This document shows, piece after piece, positions 1 to 8,671 of a stretch of 15,567 nucleotides of DNA (position 1 is the first letter of the stretch; each line of letters opens with the position of its first letter). Position numbers and translations under genes: made by a program. Source of the stretch: a bacterium (GTDB taxonomy: Bacteria; Fidelibacterota; UBA8477; JABMPR01); NCBI GenBank assembly GCA_013202895.1, contig JABMPR010000293.1, forward strand, positions 1 through 15,567, read 5' to 3'. The notes below the pieces were generated by a model. The model was not told the DNA's origin and searched no databases. It saw only the letters and a list, made by a program, of their open reading frames with translations.

Positions 1-10
1 GAATTTCAAA

Positions 11-1828
11 ATGGGTGTGATGAATAAAATGCGGGACAACATGGCCGGGATTATGATTTTTCTGGTTATTGTTTTCGTGCTAACCATGACGGTCGGTGGA
101 TTAGTAGGTGGAGCCAATGTCATGGATCTTCTCGGTGGGGATCAGCCCAATGCTTTCACGCTTATAAATGGCGAAGAATTGACACGTGAAAGTTTCATGC
201 GCTCACTCCAGAACGAACGTGAAAATTTCCGTCAGAGAAATGGCAGCGAGCCAACCGAGCAGCAAATGGTCCAGATGACTGATCAGGTTTGGGAAACGAT
301 GGTTACTCAGATTCTCATTCGCCAGACAATTGAAGATCAAGATCTGACAACCTCTCCTGACGAGATTCGATACTACTTTACCGAGAATGTACACCCTACG
401 GTTCGTCAATATTTTATGTCTGAGGCCGGTGAATTCGATTACGATGCATATCAGCAAGCCATAAACTCACCTGAAGCAGCTAATTTTTTCGCAGCCATGC
501 GTCTGCAGGTAGCCGCTGTTGTCCCTGTTGAGAAATTACAGCAGAAAATTTTTGCCGGGGCTCATGTTTCAGAAGCTGAAGTACGTGCGGAATATACCCG
601 CAACCAGATCAACTACGATTTCGATTACCTTTTTGTTAAAACAAGTCTATGGAAAGATGCTGAAATTGAATTCTCCGATGCTGAAATTAATAACTATTAC
701 GATCTGAACATCGATAGCTACACGCAGGATGAGACTCGTACTCTGAAATATGTTGCAATTGAGATAAAAGCTACGGAGGGCGACACCACCAGAGCATTGA
801 ATCTCATCAATGATGTGAAAGAGGAAATTCTTGGTGGTGCTAGCTTTGAATCCATGGCTCAAATTCATTCAGAGGGACCAACCAGTACTGATGGCGGTTA
901 TTTAGGGTGGTTCGGGAAGGGCAAAATGGCGCCCGCATTCGAGGAAGCTTCATTTAGTGCCCCAGTTGGTGAAATCGTTGGACCCGTACTGACTCAGTTT
1001 GGATATCATTTAATTAAAGTTGAGGCCAGCCGGGTACAGGATGGAGTCCCCGAGGTAGAAGCTCGTCATATTCTGGTTGAGATCCGACCAAGCGAGACCA
1101 GCCGTGAGAAAATTCGCCGTGAATTAAAGAATCTGGAATTTCTGGCAGATGAATTAGGATTTGAGAAGGCAGTTGATTCATTAGCCCTTGATGTTAAGAC
1201 TTCAAATAAATTGCGCTTGAAGGACACCTTTATTTCAGGTATCGGTTCTTTTCAATCCGCTGTACGTTATGCTTATCTTTCGGACACAACTTCTCACAGT
1301 AGAGTCATGCAAAATGAATCTCATTTTGCTTTGTTCTCTCTTTCTGAGATTGACCCAGCTGGTCCACGCCCTTTTGACCAGGCCAAAGTCACGATCAAAC
1401 GTAAGATGATCAATGAGAAGAAGCAGGAATTGGCTAAAACAGCTGCAGAACAATTGGTAGCAGGCTTACCGGCTGAAGGTTCCTGGGCTGAGATCAAAAT
1501 TGAAGGCCGAGATGACTTGACTTATGAGGAAATACAGGGTGCCAAAGGGAATGCTGGGATAAAGGGATTAGGTCGTTATCAAGAGATCTATGGATTCATT
1601 GAGAATGCTAATGTAGGAAGTATTTCTCCAGTTTTTGACACACCTAGAGGAGCAGTTATCGTGCGTCTTAACGCTCGTGCTGATTTTGATGAAACAGATT
1701 ATGTTAGTCAATACGATGAATTGCAAACTACACTATATCAATCTCGACAAACTGAAGTCTGGAATAATTACCTGGAATCATTGCGTGAAAATGCAGATGT
1801 GATTGATAACCGTCTTCGCATGCTCTAA
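11..1828 (+). CDS. PpiD/SurA-like peptidyl-prolyl cis-trans isomerase with N-terminal membrane anchor and parvulin (rotamase) domain
   Basis: ORF of 605 aa; N-terminal hydrophobic segment MAGIMIFLVIVFVLTMTVGG; parvulin signature GG.SFESMAQIHSEGPTSTDGGYLGWFGKGKMAPAFEEASFSAPVGEIVGPVLTQFGYHLIKV; SurA_N-like N-terminal region. Start could be ATG at 11 or 20. Confidence 0.88.
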   Translation: MGVMNKMRDNMAGIMIFLVIVFVLTMTVGGLVGGANVMDLLGGDQPNAFTLINGEELTRESFMRSLQNERENFRQRNGSEPTEQQMVQMTDQVWETMVTQILIRQTIEDQDLTTSPDEIRYYFTENVHPTVRQYFMSEAGEFDYDAYQQAINSPEAANFFAAMRLQVAAVVPVEKLQQKIFAGAHVSEAEVRAEYTRNQINYDFDYLFVKTSLWKDAEIEFSDAEINNYYDLNIDSYTQDETRTLKYVAIEIKATEGDTTRALNLINDVKEEILGGASFESMAQIHSEGPTSTDGGYLGWFGKGKMAPAFEEASFSAPVGEIVGPVLTQFGYHLIKVEASRVQDGVPEVEARHILVEIRPSETSREKIRRELKNLEFLADELGFEKAVDSLALDVKTSNKLRLKDTFISGIGSFQSAVRYAYLSDTTSHSRVMQNESHFALFSLSEIDPAGPRPFDQAKVTIKRKMINEKKQELAKTAAEQLVAGLPAEGSWAEIKIEGRDDLTYEEIQGAKGNAGIKGLGRYQEIYGFIENANVGSISPVFDTPRGAVIVRLNARADFDETDYVSQYDELQTTLYQSRQTEVWNNYLESLRENADVIDNRLRML

Positions 1829-1847
1829 CTCCTGATCAAAATATTTT

Positions 1848-1875
1848 AAAATGGGGAGTTTGCTCCCCGTTTTTT
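1848..1875 (+). terminator. Rho-independent terminator downstream of the PPIase gene
   Basis: Perfect stem GGGGAG (1853-1858) / CTCCCC (1863-1868) with TTTG loop, extended by flanking AAAAT/GTTTT pairing, followed by GTTTTTTATTT; 24 nt after the stop codon. Confidence 0.9.
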
Positions 1876-1972
1876 ATTTATCCGCTTATTGAATACATCC
1901 ACAGCTAAATAAGACTTTATATTTTCTAAGCATTAATTATGTTGTCGTAATTGTTTCATCAAGGAGGATATG

Positions 1973-2404
1973 ATGTCTCGCGTAAAAATCGCATTTCTTG
2001 TTTTTGCAGGAATATTAATCATCATGCAATTAATTCCACTTAACCAGACTAACCCTCCCGTAGTTCAGAATGTGGCAGCACCCGTCCTAATCTCTGAAAT
2101 TTTAAAAACATCCTGCTATGATTGTCATTCCAACGAAACTATTTGGCCCTGGTATAGTCGTATTGCTCCCGGATCATTCCTTATCACTCGAGATGTGAAG
2201 ATGGGCCGTCAGCATCTGAATTTTTCTGAATTTTCGGATTTAGATTCCTTTGATAGTACAGATATTGCAGACGATCTAATCGAAGTACTCGAAGCTGGTG
2301 ATATGCCTGTAATCCAATATTTACTCCTGCATCCAAGTGCCAGCCTGAGAGATAGTGAGTCGCAAGCTTTATTGCAATGGGTTGAAACACTTTATCCTGA
2401 ATAA
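1973..2404 (+). CDS. Small exported/membrane-anchored haem-binding domain protein (single CxxCH, cytochrome-c-like)
   Basis: AAGGAGG at 1961-1967 gives better spacing to ATG 1973 than to ATG 1970 (ORF-track start). N-terminal hydrophobic segment KIAFLVFAGILIIMQLIPL; motif LKTSCYDCHSNETIWPWYSRIAPGSFLI with CYDCH at about 2114-2128, typical of the haem-binding domain family seen in Bacteroidota-type genomes. Confidence 0.85.
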   Translation: MSRVKIAFLVFAGILIIMQLIPLNQTNPPVVQNVAAPVLISEILKTSCYDCHSNETIWPWYSRIAPGSFLITRDVKMGRQHLNFSEFSDLDSFDSTDIADDLIEVLEAGDMPVIQYLLLHPSASLRDSESQALLQWVETLYPE

Positions 2405-2449
2405 AGCAACAGTCAATTATAGATAAGAAAGGGCAGGCAAAGGTAAAAT

Positions 2450-3280
2450 ATGGATATCGCAACCATAATTGGTTTAATATTTGGTCTGGCATTGGTATTT
2501 TTTGGGATGTCCGAGCCTGGATCAATCTCTCCTCCAGAAACCTTTTTCAATCTACGGGGTTTGGCAATTGTATTAGGTGGAACATTGGCTGCAACTCTGG
2601 TCAATTATCCTTTAAAAAACGTCATCGGTATGCTCAAGGTCTCACTTCAGGCTTTTGCAAATAACAAAGGTGCTCAAAATCCCATGGAGATGATCGCAGA
2701 ATTGGGTACCTATTCTGATCAAGCTCGAAAAAAAGGACTGCACTCATTGGAGAATTTCCTTGAAGGAATCGAAAATCATTATCTGCAAATGGGATTGGCG
2801 AACGCCATCCTTGAAAAAGATTCGAAGAAGCTTGAAAATTTTCTCGATAATGAACTTAATTCAATGATCGACAGACACGCAAATGGGCAGGAGATTTTTT
2901 ACAACATGGGTTCTTATGCCCCTGCCTTTGGACTTCTGGGTACGGTAATGGGGTTGATCCTGATGATGACACGTCAAGCCGGAACATCTTCTGTAGACAG
3001 CTATGCAACAGGGGCTCAAGACTCAATGTCTGCTCTACTCGGGGGTATGGGTATAGCTCTGGTAACCACTTTTTACGGGGTCCTCCTGGCAAACCTGCTT
3101 TTTATTCCAATTGCTGGCAAGCTTAAGACACGGTCCGATGAAGAAGTGCACAGCCTTAAAATAATCAAAGCCGGTATCCTCAGTATTCACTCAAAGGAAC
3201 ACCCACTCATCATGCGTGAGAAGTTGCTAACTTTCGTTGATAAGGACACCAGAAAGAACGATAAGCCAGCGGGCGAATAG
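2450..3280 (+). CDS. motA: MotA/PomA-like stator (proton/sodium channel) protein
   Basis: 276 aa; four hydrophobic segments; FFNLRGLAIVLGGTLAATLVNYP, APAFGLLGTVMGLILMM, GMGIALVTTFYGVLLANLLFIPIAGKLK motifs characteristic of MotA/PomA; AAAGG upstream of ATG. Confidence 0.93.
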   Translation: MDIATIIGLIFGLALVFFGMSEPGSISPPETFFNLRGLAIVLGGTLAATLVNYPLKNVIGMLKVSLQAFANNKGAQNPMEMIAELGTYSDQARKKGLHSLENFLEGIENHYLQMGLANAILEKDSKKLENFLDNELNSMIDRHANGQEIFYNMGSYAPAFGLLGTVMGLILMMTRQAGTSSVDSYATGAQDSMSALLGGMGIALVTTFYGVLLANLLFIPIAGKLKTRSDEEVHSLKIIKAGILSIHSKEHPLIMREKLLTFVDKDTRKNDKPAGE

Positions 3281-3286
3281 CCTAAA

Positions 3287-3991
3287 ATGTCTCATATTTC
3301 CTTTGTTGCCGAGCGAGCCTCCAACTCATGGAAGGTGACCTATAGTGATTTGCTTACCGGTCTGCTTGCATTCTTTCTTTTACTCATTATCAAAGCAGAA
3401 GAAGATGCCAACACCACTTTTAAATTCGCTGATCAGATGAAGAGTGTCATTTACAGCAAAATTGCAAAAGAAAAGCAGGATCGGAACATTGATTGGCTCT
3501 ATGTCGAACACGCAGGACCAAAAGGTATAAAGCTGCTGATACCCTCAGAGATTGGTGAACAAACCTTCTTCGAGTCTGCTGATGATCAGATTGTGATCAA
3601 TTTTATTTTCTACTTACGAACGGTTGCTAGAATTGTTGGTGGCCTGGAGCTGGAAAAAATTCCAGTACGTCATGCTGATGTATTTCGGAAGCTCAAAGCT
3701 GCCGGGAAGGCTATAAAAATAAATGTTCGAATTGAAGGGCATTCAGATGCCGTCCCCTTGGGTAGATCATCCCGCTTCAGGGACAATTGGGATCTATCAA
3801 CCGCCCGAGCCCACCAGGTAATGAAGTTTTTGATGAAAGAGACCCAGATTCCAGATTCCTTTTTCTCAGTGTCTGGCTATGGTCCCTTCCATCCCCTGGT
3901 AGATATGAATAGCTATGATGAGAATCGACGGGTGGAGATCTATCTCGATATTCAAATGATCGATCTGGAAAATGGTAGCAATGTCCGATAA
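3287..3991 (+). CDS. MotB-like stator protein 1 (single TM with channel Asp plus OmpA-like peptidoglycan-binding domain)
   Basis: WKVTYSDLLTGLLAFFLLLII with Asp21 codon at 3347-3349; C-terminal RIEGHSDAVPLGRSSRFRDNWDLSTARAHQVMKFLM...NRRVEIYL; starts 6 nt after the motA stop. Confidence 0.9.
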   Translation: MSHISFVAERASNSWKVTYSDLLTGLLAFFLLLIIKAEEDANTTFKFADQMKSVIYSKIAKEKQDRNIDWLYVEHAGPKGIKLLIPSEIGEQTFFESADDQIVINFIFYLRTVARIVGGLELEKIPVRHADVFRKLKAAGKAIKINVRIEGHSDAVPLGRSSRFRDNWDLSTARAHQVMKFLMKETQIPDSFFSVSGYGPFHPLVDMNSYDENRRVEIYLDIQMIDLENGSNVR

Positions 3992-4667
3992 TTTGACCAA
4001 GATTGCCGGTCAAGCCCGGGGGAGTTGGGTGCTCTCCTACGGTGACACCATCACGCTGCTCATAACATTTTTTATTATGATGATCACCGTCCGAGCTGGC
4101 CAGATCAATAAGATCCATAGATGGGTCAATGACCGTTTAGATGAGGCGACCCTGGAGGTCCAGGAGGCTATGGATGCTGCCAATATTCAAGAAATCTCCA
4201 TCAGAAGAAATTCAAAGGGTGTGCAGATCACGCTCCAGGATCCCAGACTTTTCGAAGTTGGTTCGGCCCAGCCCCGCAACACCCACATTTATCAACTTGA
4301 TGCTGTCGCAGCTTCAATCCAGAATCTACAAATATTTAATTTGCATAATACTGAACACGCAGCTTTTCTCGAGGAACTTCAATCTTCAGGACTAGACTGG
4401 CTCGCAGAGATTCGGATTGAAGGTCATACTGACAACATGCCATTAACCCGAAATGCTCTCTATCGTGATAACTGGGAACTTAGTGCTGCCCGAGCCCAAT
4501 CAATCATGATCCAGCTACAGCAGCGTACCGGTCTCCCAGCCTCAATTTATGCTATTGGCGGGTTTGGGGAGTTTCAGCCCATTGGAGATAATAATACCCT
4601 GGCAGGACGGGAAATTAATCGTCGAGTTGAGATCTATATTGGGGCTTCTCTGCTGAAAACTTTATAA
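3972..4667 (+). CDS. MotB-like stator protein 2 (paralog of the upstream gene)
   Basis: WVLSYGDTITLLITFFIMMI with Asp25 codon at 4044-4046; C-terminal RIEGHTDNMPLTRNALYRDNWELSAARAQSIM...NRRVEIYIG; overlaps the preceding gene by 20 nt (ATG 3972) or 11 nt (ATG 3981). Confidence 0.9.
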   Translation: MVAMSDNLTKIAGQARGSWVLSYGDTITLLITFFIMMITVRAGQINKIHRWVNDRLDEATLEVQEAMDAANIQEISIRRNSKGVQITLQDPRLFEVGSAQPRNTHIYQLDAVAASIQNLQIFNLHNTEHAAFLEELQSSGLDWLAEIRIEGHTDNMPLTRNALYRDNWELSAARAQSIMIQLQQRTGLPASIYAIGGFGEFQPIGDNNTLAGREINRRVEIYIGASLLKTL

Positions 4668-4712
4668 GCTGGCCAGAAAACCTACTCCAACAACTCTATT
4701 AATCATTTTCCT

Positions 4713-4739
4713 TTGTAGTATTCACTTTTGAAGTATAAT
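4713..4739 (+). promoter_or_regulatory. Candidate sigma70-type promoter for the PorU-like gene
   Basis: Perfect -10 TATAAT at 4734-4739; weak -35 TTGTAG at 4713-4718 (15-nt spacer, short). Confidence 0.4.
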
Positions 4740-4789
4740 TGATGTCAATGGAATCGGAACATTCCACTCAAAATTTCGTTAAGGTATGC

Positions 4790-7700
4790 ATGAATAGATT
4801 TTGTACCCTCATTTTGTTAACATCATCACTTTTTGCTGGAGATATATCCGTCCTTGAGAAGGACGAGCATAGTATCACCGTGAGATTTACAATTCCTGAG
4901 CCTCAACTTTCCTCATTTGAGATTGGAGATCGATCAGTTCAGTTGCCCCGCTGGTCAAATGCCTACGAGGCATATGACTCATCAAATCAGACCCTTGCGC
5001 CCTTTTTTACTTTACCCCTTATCCTTCCACCTAATGGTGATATCCCAGAGATTCAGATATTGGCATCAGAATTTCTCAGAGATGGGAGACTCTCTAAAGT
5101 TAAGTTTCAGCCCCAAGATCTGGGACCTGCGAACAGATTACCTTCTATTGAAGCAGTCGAAATGATAAACCTGAAAGGGGCCGAAGATTTCAGAGATTAT
5201 AAAACAGCCCGGATTATGGTATATCCTTATTTCATAGCTGGACAACGTTTAAGCAGTCTAACATTCCGCCTTGACTTCCCTGCCTACAGTGGTTCAGAAT
5301 TGAGTCAGGAATCGGACTTGATCCAGGGATATCTAAATGCTGATATGGCTAAGAACTGGGCTAAAACACCTGCATCGTCGCTGGGAAGAACTGCATCAGT
5401 ATGGCCTCAGGGACAATGGTTTCGCTTTCCCATAAATGCTATGGGCATCCACCGTATCAATGTGGCTTCTTTTGGAGATAACCTGCCCGAGACCAATCCA
5501 ATTAGCTGGCAAGTCTATGCTCCCTATTATGAAGGCCAAGCCCTCCCTTTTAGTCTTAGTCATACTGAACCGACACCAGATAATTTCAAAGCGATCAGTA
5601 TGCAAGGTTCCGGGTTGGAGGATGGTGTATTTTCAGATGACGATGAAATTATCTTTTTTGCCCAGGCCCTGAATGGTGACTTCAAAGGGGATAATTTCAC
5701 CCACCTCTTTGGGAAGCAACGCTACTACTGGATCTGTATTCCTTTTGATGATAGTGAGACTGCAAATCAGATTGATTTTCTCCCCAGCTATCTTGGTACC
5801 CATACCGAAACAGTTAGAAGCTACCAAAAGCGCCTATATCATGAAACTGACCTTCATAATCAACTCCATTCCGGTCAGAGCTGGGTTGGTGAAAAACTCA
5901 CCGGCAGTTCAGATCAATTTTATATTTCCTTTTCAGATGATTATCTTGATTTAAGCTCTGAAATCAATCTGAATGTATTATTCAGAATAGATTACGATGT
6001 CGATAATTACCAGGATATTCTTGATGTAGAATTGAATGATATTCCTTTCAATGTCAACCAGATCAAGACTGTCCAGAACAAAAAGATAATTCTCAATGGA
6101 ACTGCTGGTGAAAATTTGATGCGCGATAAAAGCGTGGGTAACAATATTCTCAAGCTAGACTATTCCAGCAATTCTCCCAACTCCATCATATATCTGGATA
6201 GTTTAAGATTTTCGTATGATAGGCAGTTAGCCCCATCATCCGAATATCTTTTTGGTACTGTTGACTTACCTGGCGCTATAAATCGTCTCATTTTTCAGGA
6301 TCTTAGCAGCGGTTTTCAACTCTGGGATATTTCAAATCCATCTAATGTTGTGGAGTGGCAGATTGAGAATAATCTTTATTTGCACCAAGGAACAGGGAAG
6401 CATGAGATCATTGGATTTAATGACGATCAACTCATCGATGTTATCTTAACTGAGACAGCCGACCAGGGAAATCCGCAACTCAGACAGGCTGGCCGACAAG
6501 CTGATTACATAATCATCACCCCTGAGATCTTTCTCGATCAGGCAGAGCGCATTCGTGAATTAAGAGAAGAGCTGGTTCCTGAGGCTGAACAGCTCACCGT
6601 AGAGATCGTTAAAATAAATGATATTTATGATGAATTTTCAGCTGGGACGGTGGATCCGGCTGCAATAAAACATTTTTTACATTATGTATATTTTTCATGG
6701 GATCAATCTAACAGAATAAGATACGTTCTATTTCTTGGAGATACAGACTATGATTATCGCAATATTACCGGACAAAGCAAGATGCTCATACCCACTTTTC
6801 AAAAAGATGGTATCAGCGATATAAGTTCCTACGCAACAGATGATAAATATACTTTCATTGCTTCGGGGATATGGGATGCATTACCAGATATTGCCATTGG
6901 ACGCTATCCAGCTCAGAGGGTGGATCAATTGGAGATTATGATTGATAAACTAATCAGCTATGAACTCACTCCTGAACCTGGGATCTGGCGCAATACAGTA
7001 ACCCTGGTGGCAGATGATCCTCTGCGCCCTAGCAAAACGGTTGAATATGCACATATTACTGATACAGAGAGTCTTGCGGGCATTATTCCTGAAAGCATGC
7101 ATGTGGATAAGGTTTATCTGACTGAATATCCAGAGGTTCAGGATCCAAACTCCCCCTATATCAAAAAACCAAAGGCACGGGATGAATTTCTGCAAAAGCT
7201 ATTTAATGGCACTTTACTTGTAAACTACCTGGGTCATGGGTCTCCTAATGTTTGGGCTCAGGAAGAAGTGTTTACCGTTTCTGATCTGGGTCTTGTCAAG
7301 ACGAACATGCGCCTGCCTTTCTGGGTTGCTGGAACCTGCGATTGGGCTAAATATGATGATGTAAGTTCATCATGCGTACCTGAAGAGCTGATGTTGATGG
7401 AAAGTAATGGTGCAATTGGTATCCTTTCTACAACAAGGAAAACGTTTTCAAGTTACAACCGGATTTTATTGCTTGACTTTTTTGACTTTCTTTTTCCTGA
7501 TAATCAAGCGAGTCGATCGATTCCTGTTGGCGATGCCATCATGATGGCAAAAAATATTACTGCTGGCTCCGATCCGAACAATGAGAAGTATGTCCTATTC
7601 TCTGATCCTGCACTCAGATTAGCGTCGCCTGTTAGGAAAGGGCAAATCCAAAGCGTAACTCCCAGTGTACTCCAGGCAATGGGTAGTGTTAACTTTTCGG

Positions 7701-8671
7701 GGTTGACGGATACAAGTTTGGTTGCCGATGCAATGGCAGCGGTCACTGTTTACGATACGCCGACACCGGTGACCCGATCGTTTTACAATAGTGCCACAGG
7801 CTCAACCGGACATATTTCTTATGTGCTCCCTGGAAAACGCATATTTCGTGGATTAATATCTGTGAATGGTCGTGATTTTGGCGGTGAATTTACCATTCCC
7901 AAGGATATCAAATATTCTGGCGAAGGTGGTATTCTGCACGTCCAATACTGGGATGATACAGGTTTAGACGGTAGCGCATTTATCGATACGCTCACGTTTC
8001 TGGGTACTGATTCAACAGCGCTGGATGATACCGGACCGGAGATCGTCTTTATTTCAGAAAATATGGTATTACTCAATGGAGACCATTTCTCAGCAAATGA
8101 GGCTTTAGAGATCGAGATATGGGATGAGCAGGGTATTAATCTTACAGGCGCTGCCGGACATGGTATTACACTTGCCATAGATGAGGACTGGAGCAATGCG
8201 GTTGATGTTACCGAACTATTTGAATATGATTTAGACCATTCTGACCGGGGTCGTTTATTGGCATTTTTAACCGAGATTCTTCCAGGTGAACATCTGGTCT
8301 CAGTAAAAGCCTGGGATAGTCAGAACAATCCTGGTGAAGCCAGTGTTCGTTTGAATTTCTTTGCTGCCAATGATTTCCGCATTTATAATCTATTTAATTT
8401 TCCCAATCCTATGGTAAATGATACTGAGGTTACGTATATGCTCTCACATGCCGCTGATGTTGAATACTCCATTTATTCGCTCGCAGGCCGCAAAATAATT
8501 GGTGAAACAGTTGGGTTCCAGATTCAGGGGTTCAACTCCTTCCCCTGGGATGGGCGTGATAGATTTGGCAATCGATTGGCGAATGGAGTCTACATTTTGG
8601 TTGTTGAAGGTGGCAGTGATGAATTCAATGAAGCAGCGCAGAGTTTGCAGAAGCTGGTAATTGCACGCTAA
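4790..8671 (+). CDS. porU: Gingipain-family C25 peptidase, PorU-like type IX secretion sortase, with C-terminal T9SS/FlgD-like beta domain
   Basis: C25 catalytic motifs: VNYLGHGSPNVWAQEEVFTVSDL (His codon 7235-7237) and PFWVAGTCDWAKYDD (Cys codon 7337-7339), followed by GILSTTRKTFSSYNR; C-terminal NLFNFPNPMVNDTEVTYMLSHAADVEYSIYSLAGRKI...GVYILVVEG tail. The ORF track begins at TTG 4739, but ATG 4790 follows AAGG and opens a signal-peptide-like MNRFCTLILLTSSLFAGD. Confidence 0.8.
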   Translation: MNRFCTLILLTSSLFAGDISVLEKDEHSITVRFTIPEPQLSSFEIGDRSVQLPRWSNAYEAYDSSNQTLAPFFTLPLILPPNGDIPEIQILASEFLRDGRLSKVKFQPQDLGPANRLPSIEAVEMINLKGAEDFRDYKTARIMVYPYFIAGQRLSSLTFRLDFPAYSGSELSQESDLIQGYLNADMAKNWAKTPASSLGRTASVWPQGQWFRFPINAMGIHRINVASFGDNLPETNPISWQVYAPYYEGQALPFSLSHTEPTPDNFKAISMQGSGLEDGVFSDDDEIIFFAQALNGDFKGDNFTHLFGKQRYYWICIPFDDSETANQIDFLPSYLGTHTETVRSYQKRLYHETDLHNQLHSGQSWVGEKLTGSSDQFYISFSDDYLDLSSEINLNVLFRIDYDVDNYQDILDVELNDIPFNVNQIKTVQNKKIILNGTAGENLMRDKSVGNNILKLDYSSNSPNSIIYLDSLRFSYDRQLAPSSEYLFGTVDLPGAINRLIFQDLSSGFQLWDISNPSNVVEWQIENNLYLHQGTGKHEIIGFNDDQLIDVILTETADQGNPQLRQAGRQADYIIITPEIFLDQAERIRELREELVPEAEQLTVEIVKINDIYDEFSAGTVDPAAIKHFLHYVYFSWDQSNRIRYVLFLGDTDYDYRNITGQSKMLIPTFQKDGISDISSYATDDKYTFIASGIWDALPDIAIGRYPAQRVDQLEIMIDKLISYELTPEPGIWRNTVTLVADDPLRPSKTVEYAHITDTESLAGIIPESMHVDKVYLTEYPEVQDPNSPYIKKPKARDEFLQKLFNGTLLVNYLGHGSPNVWAQEEVFTVSDLGLVKTNMRLPFWVAGTCDWAKYDDVSSSCVPEELMLMESNGAIGILSTTRKTFSSYNRILLLDFFDFLFPDNQASRSIPVGDAIMMAKNITAGSDPNNEKYVLFSDPALRLASPVRKGQIQSVTPSVLQAMGSVNFSGLTDTSLVADAMAAVTVYDTPTPVTRSFYNSATGSTGHISYVLPGKRIFRGLISVNGRDFGGEFTIPKDIKYSGEGGILHVQYWDDTGLDGSAFIDTLTFLGTDSTALDDTGPEIVFISENMVLLNGDHFSANEALEIEIWDEQGINLTGAAGHGITLAIDEDWSNAVDVTELFEYDLDHSDRGRLLAFLTEILPGEHLVSVKAWDSQNNPGEASVRLNFFAANDFRIYNLFNFPNPMVNDTEVTYMLSHAADVEYSIYSLAGRKIIGETVGFQIQGFNSFPWDGRDRFGNRLANGVYILVVEGGSDEFNEAAQSLQKLVIAR

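Noticed and set aside
2413-2604. Minus-strand 63-aa ORF over the start of motA
   Set aside because: Overlaps a well-supported motA start and has no recognisable features.
4739-4789. Use of TTG 4739 (or ATG 4742/4748) as the start of the PorU-like protein
   Set aside because: It overlaps the TATAAT box and buries the signal peptide; ATG 4790 with AAGG is more plausible.
7819-8196. Minus-strand 125-aa ORF antisense to the PorU-like gene (and similar antisense ORFs at 203-457, 647-868, 1235-1453, 2184-2525, 2856-3092, 3777-4118, 5396-5605, 5633-5827, 6950-7195, 7504-7746, 8723-8956, 13033-13257)
   Set aside because: They lie inside strong sense-strand genes, show low-complexity or non-protein-like composition, and have no recognisable motif.
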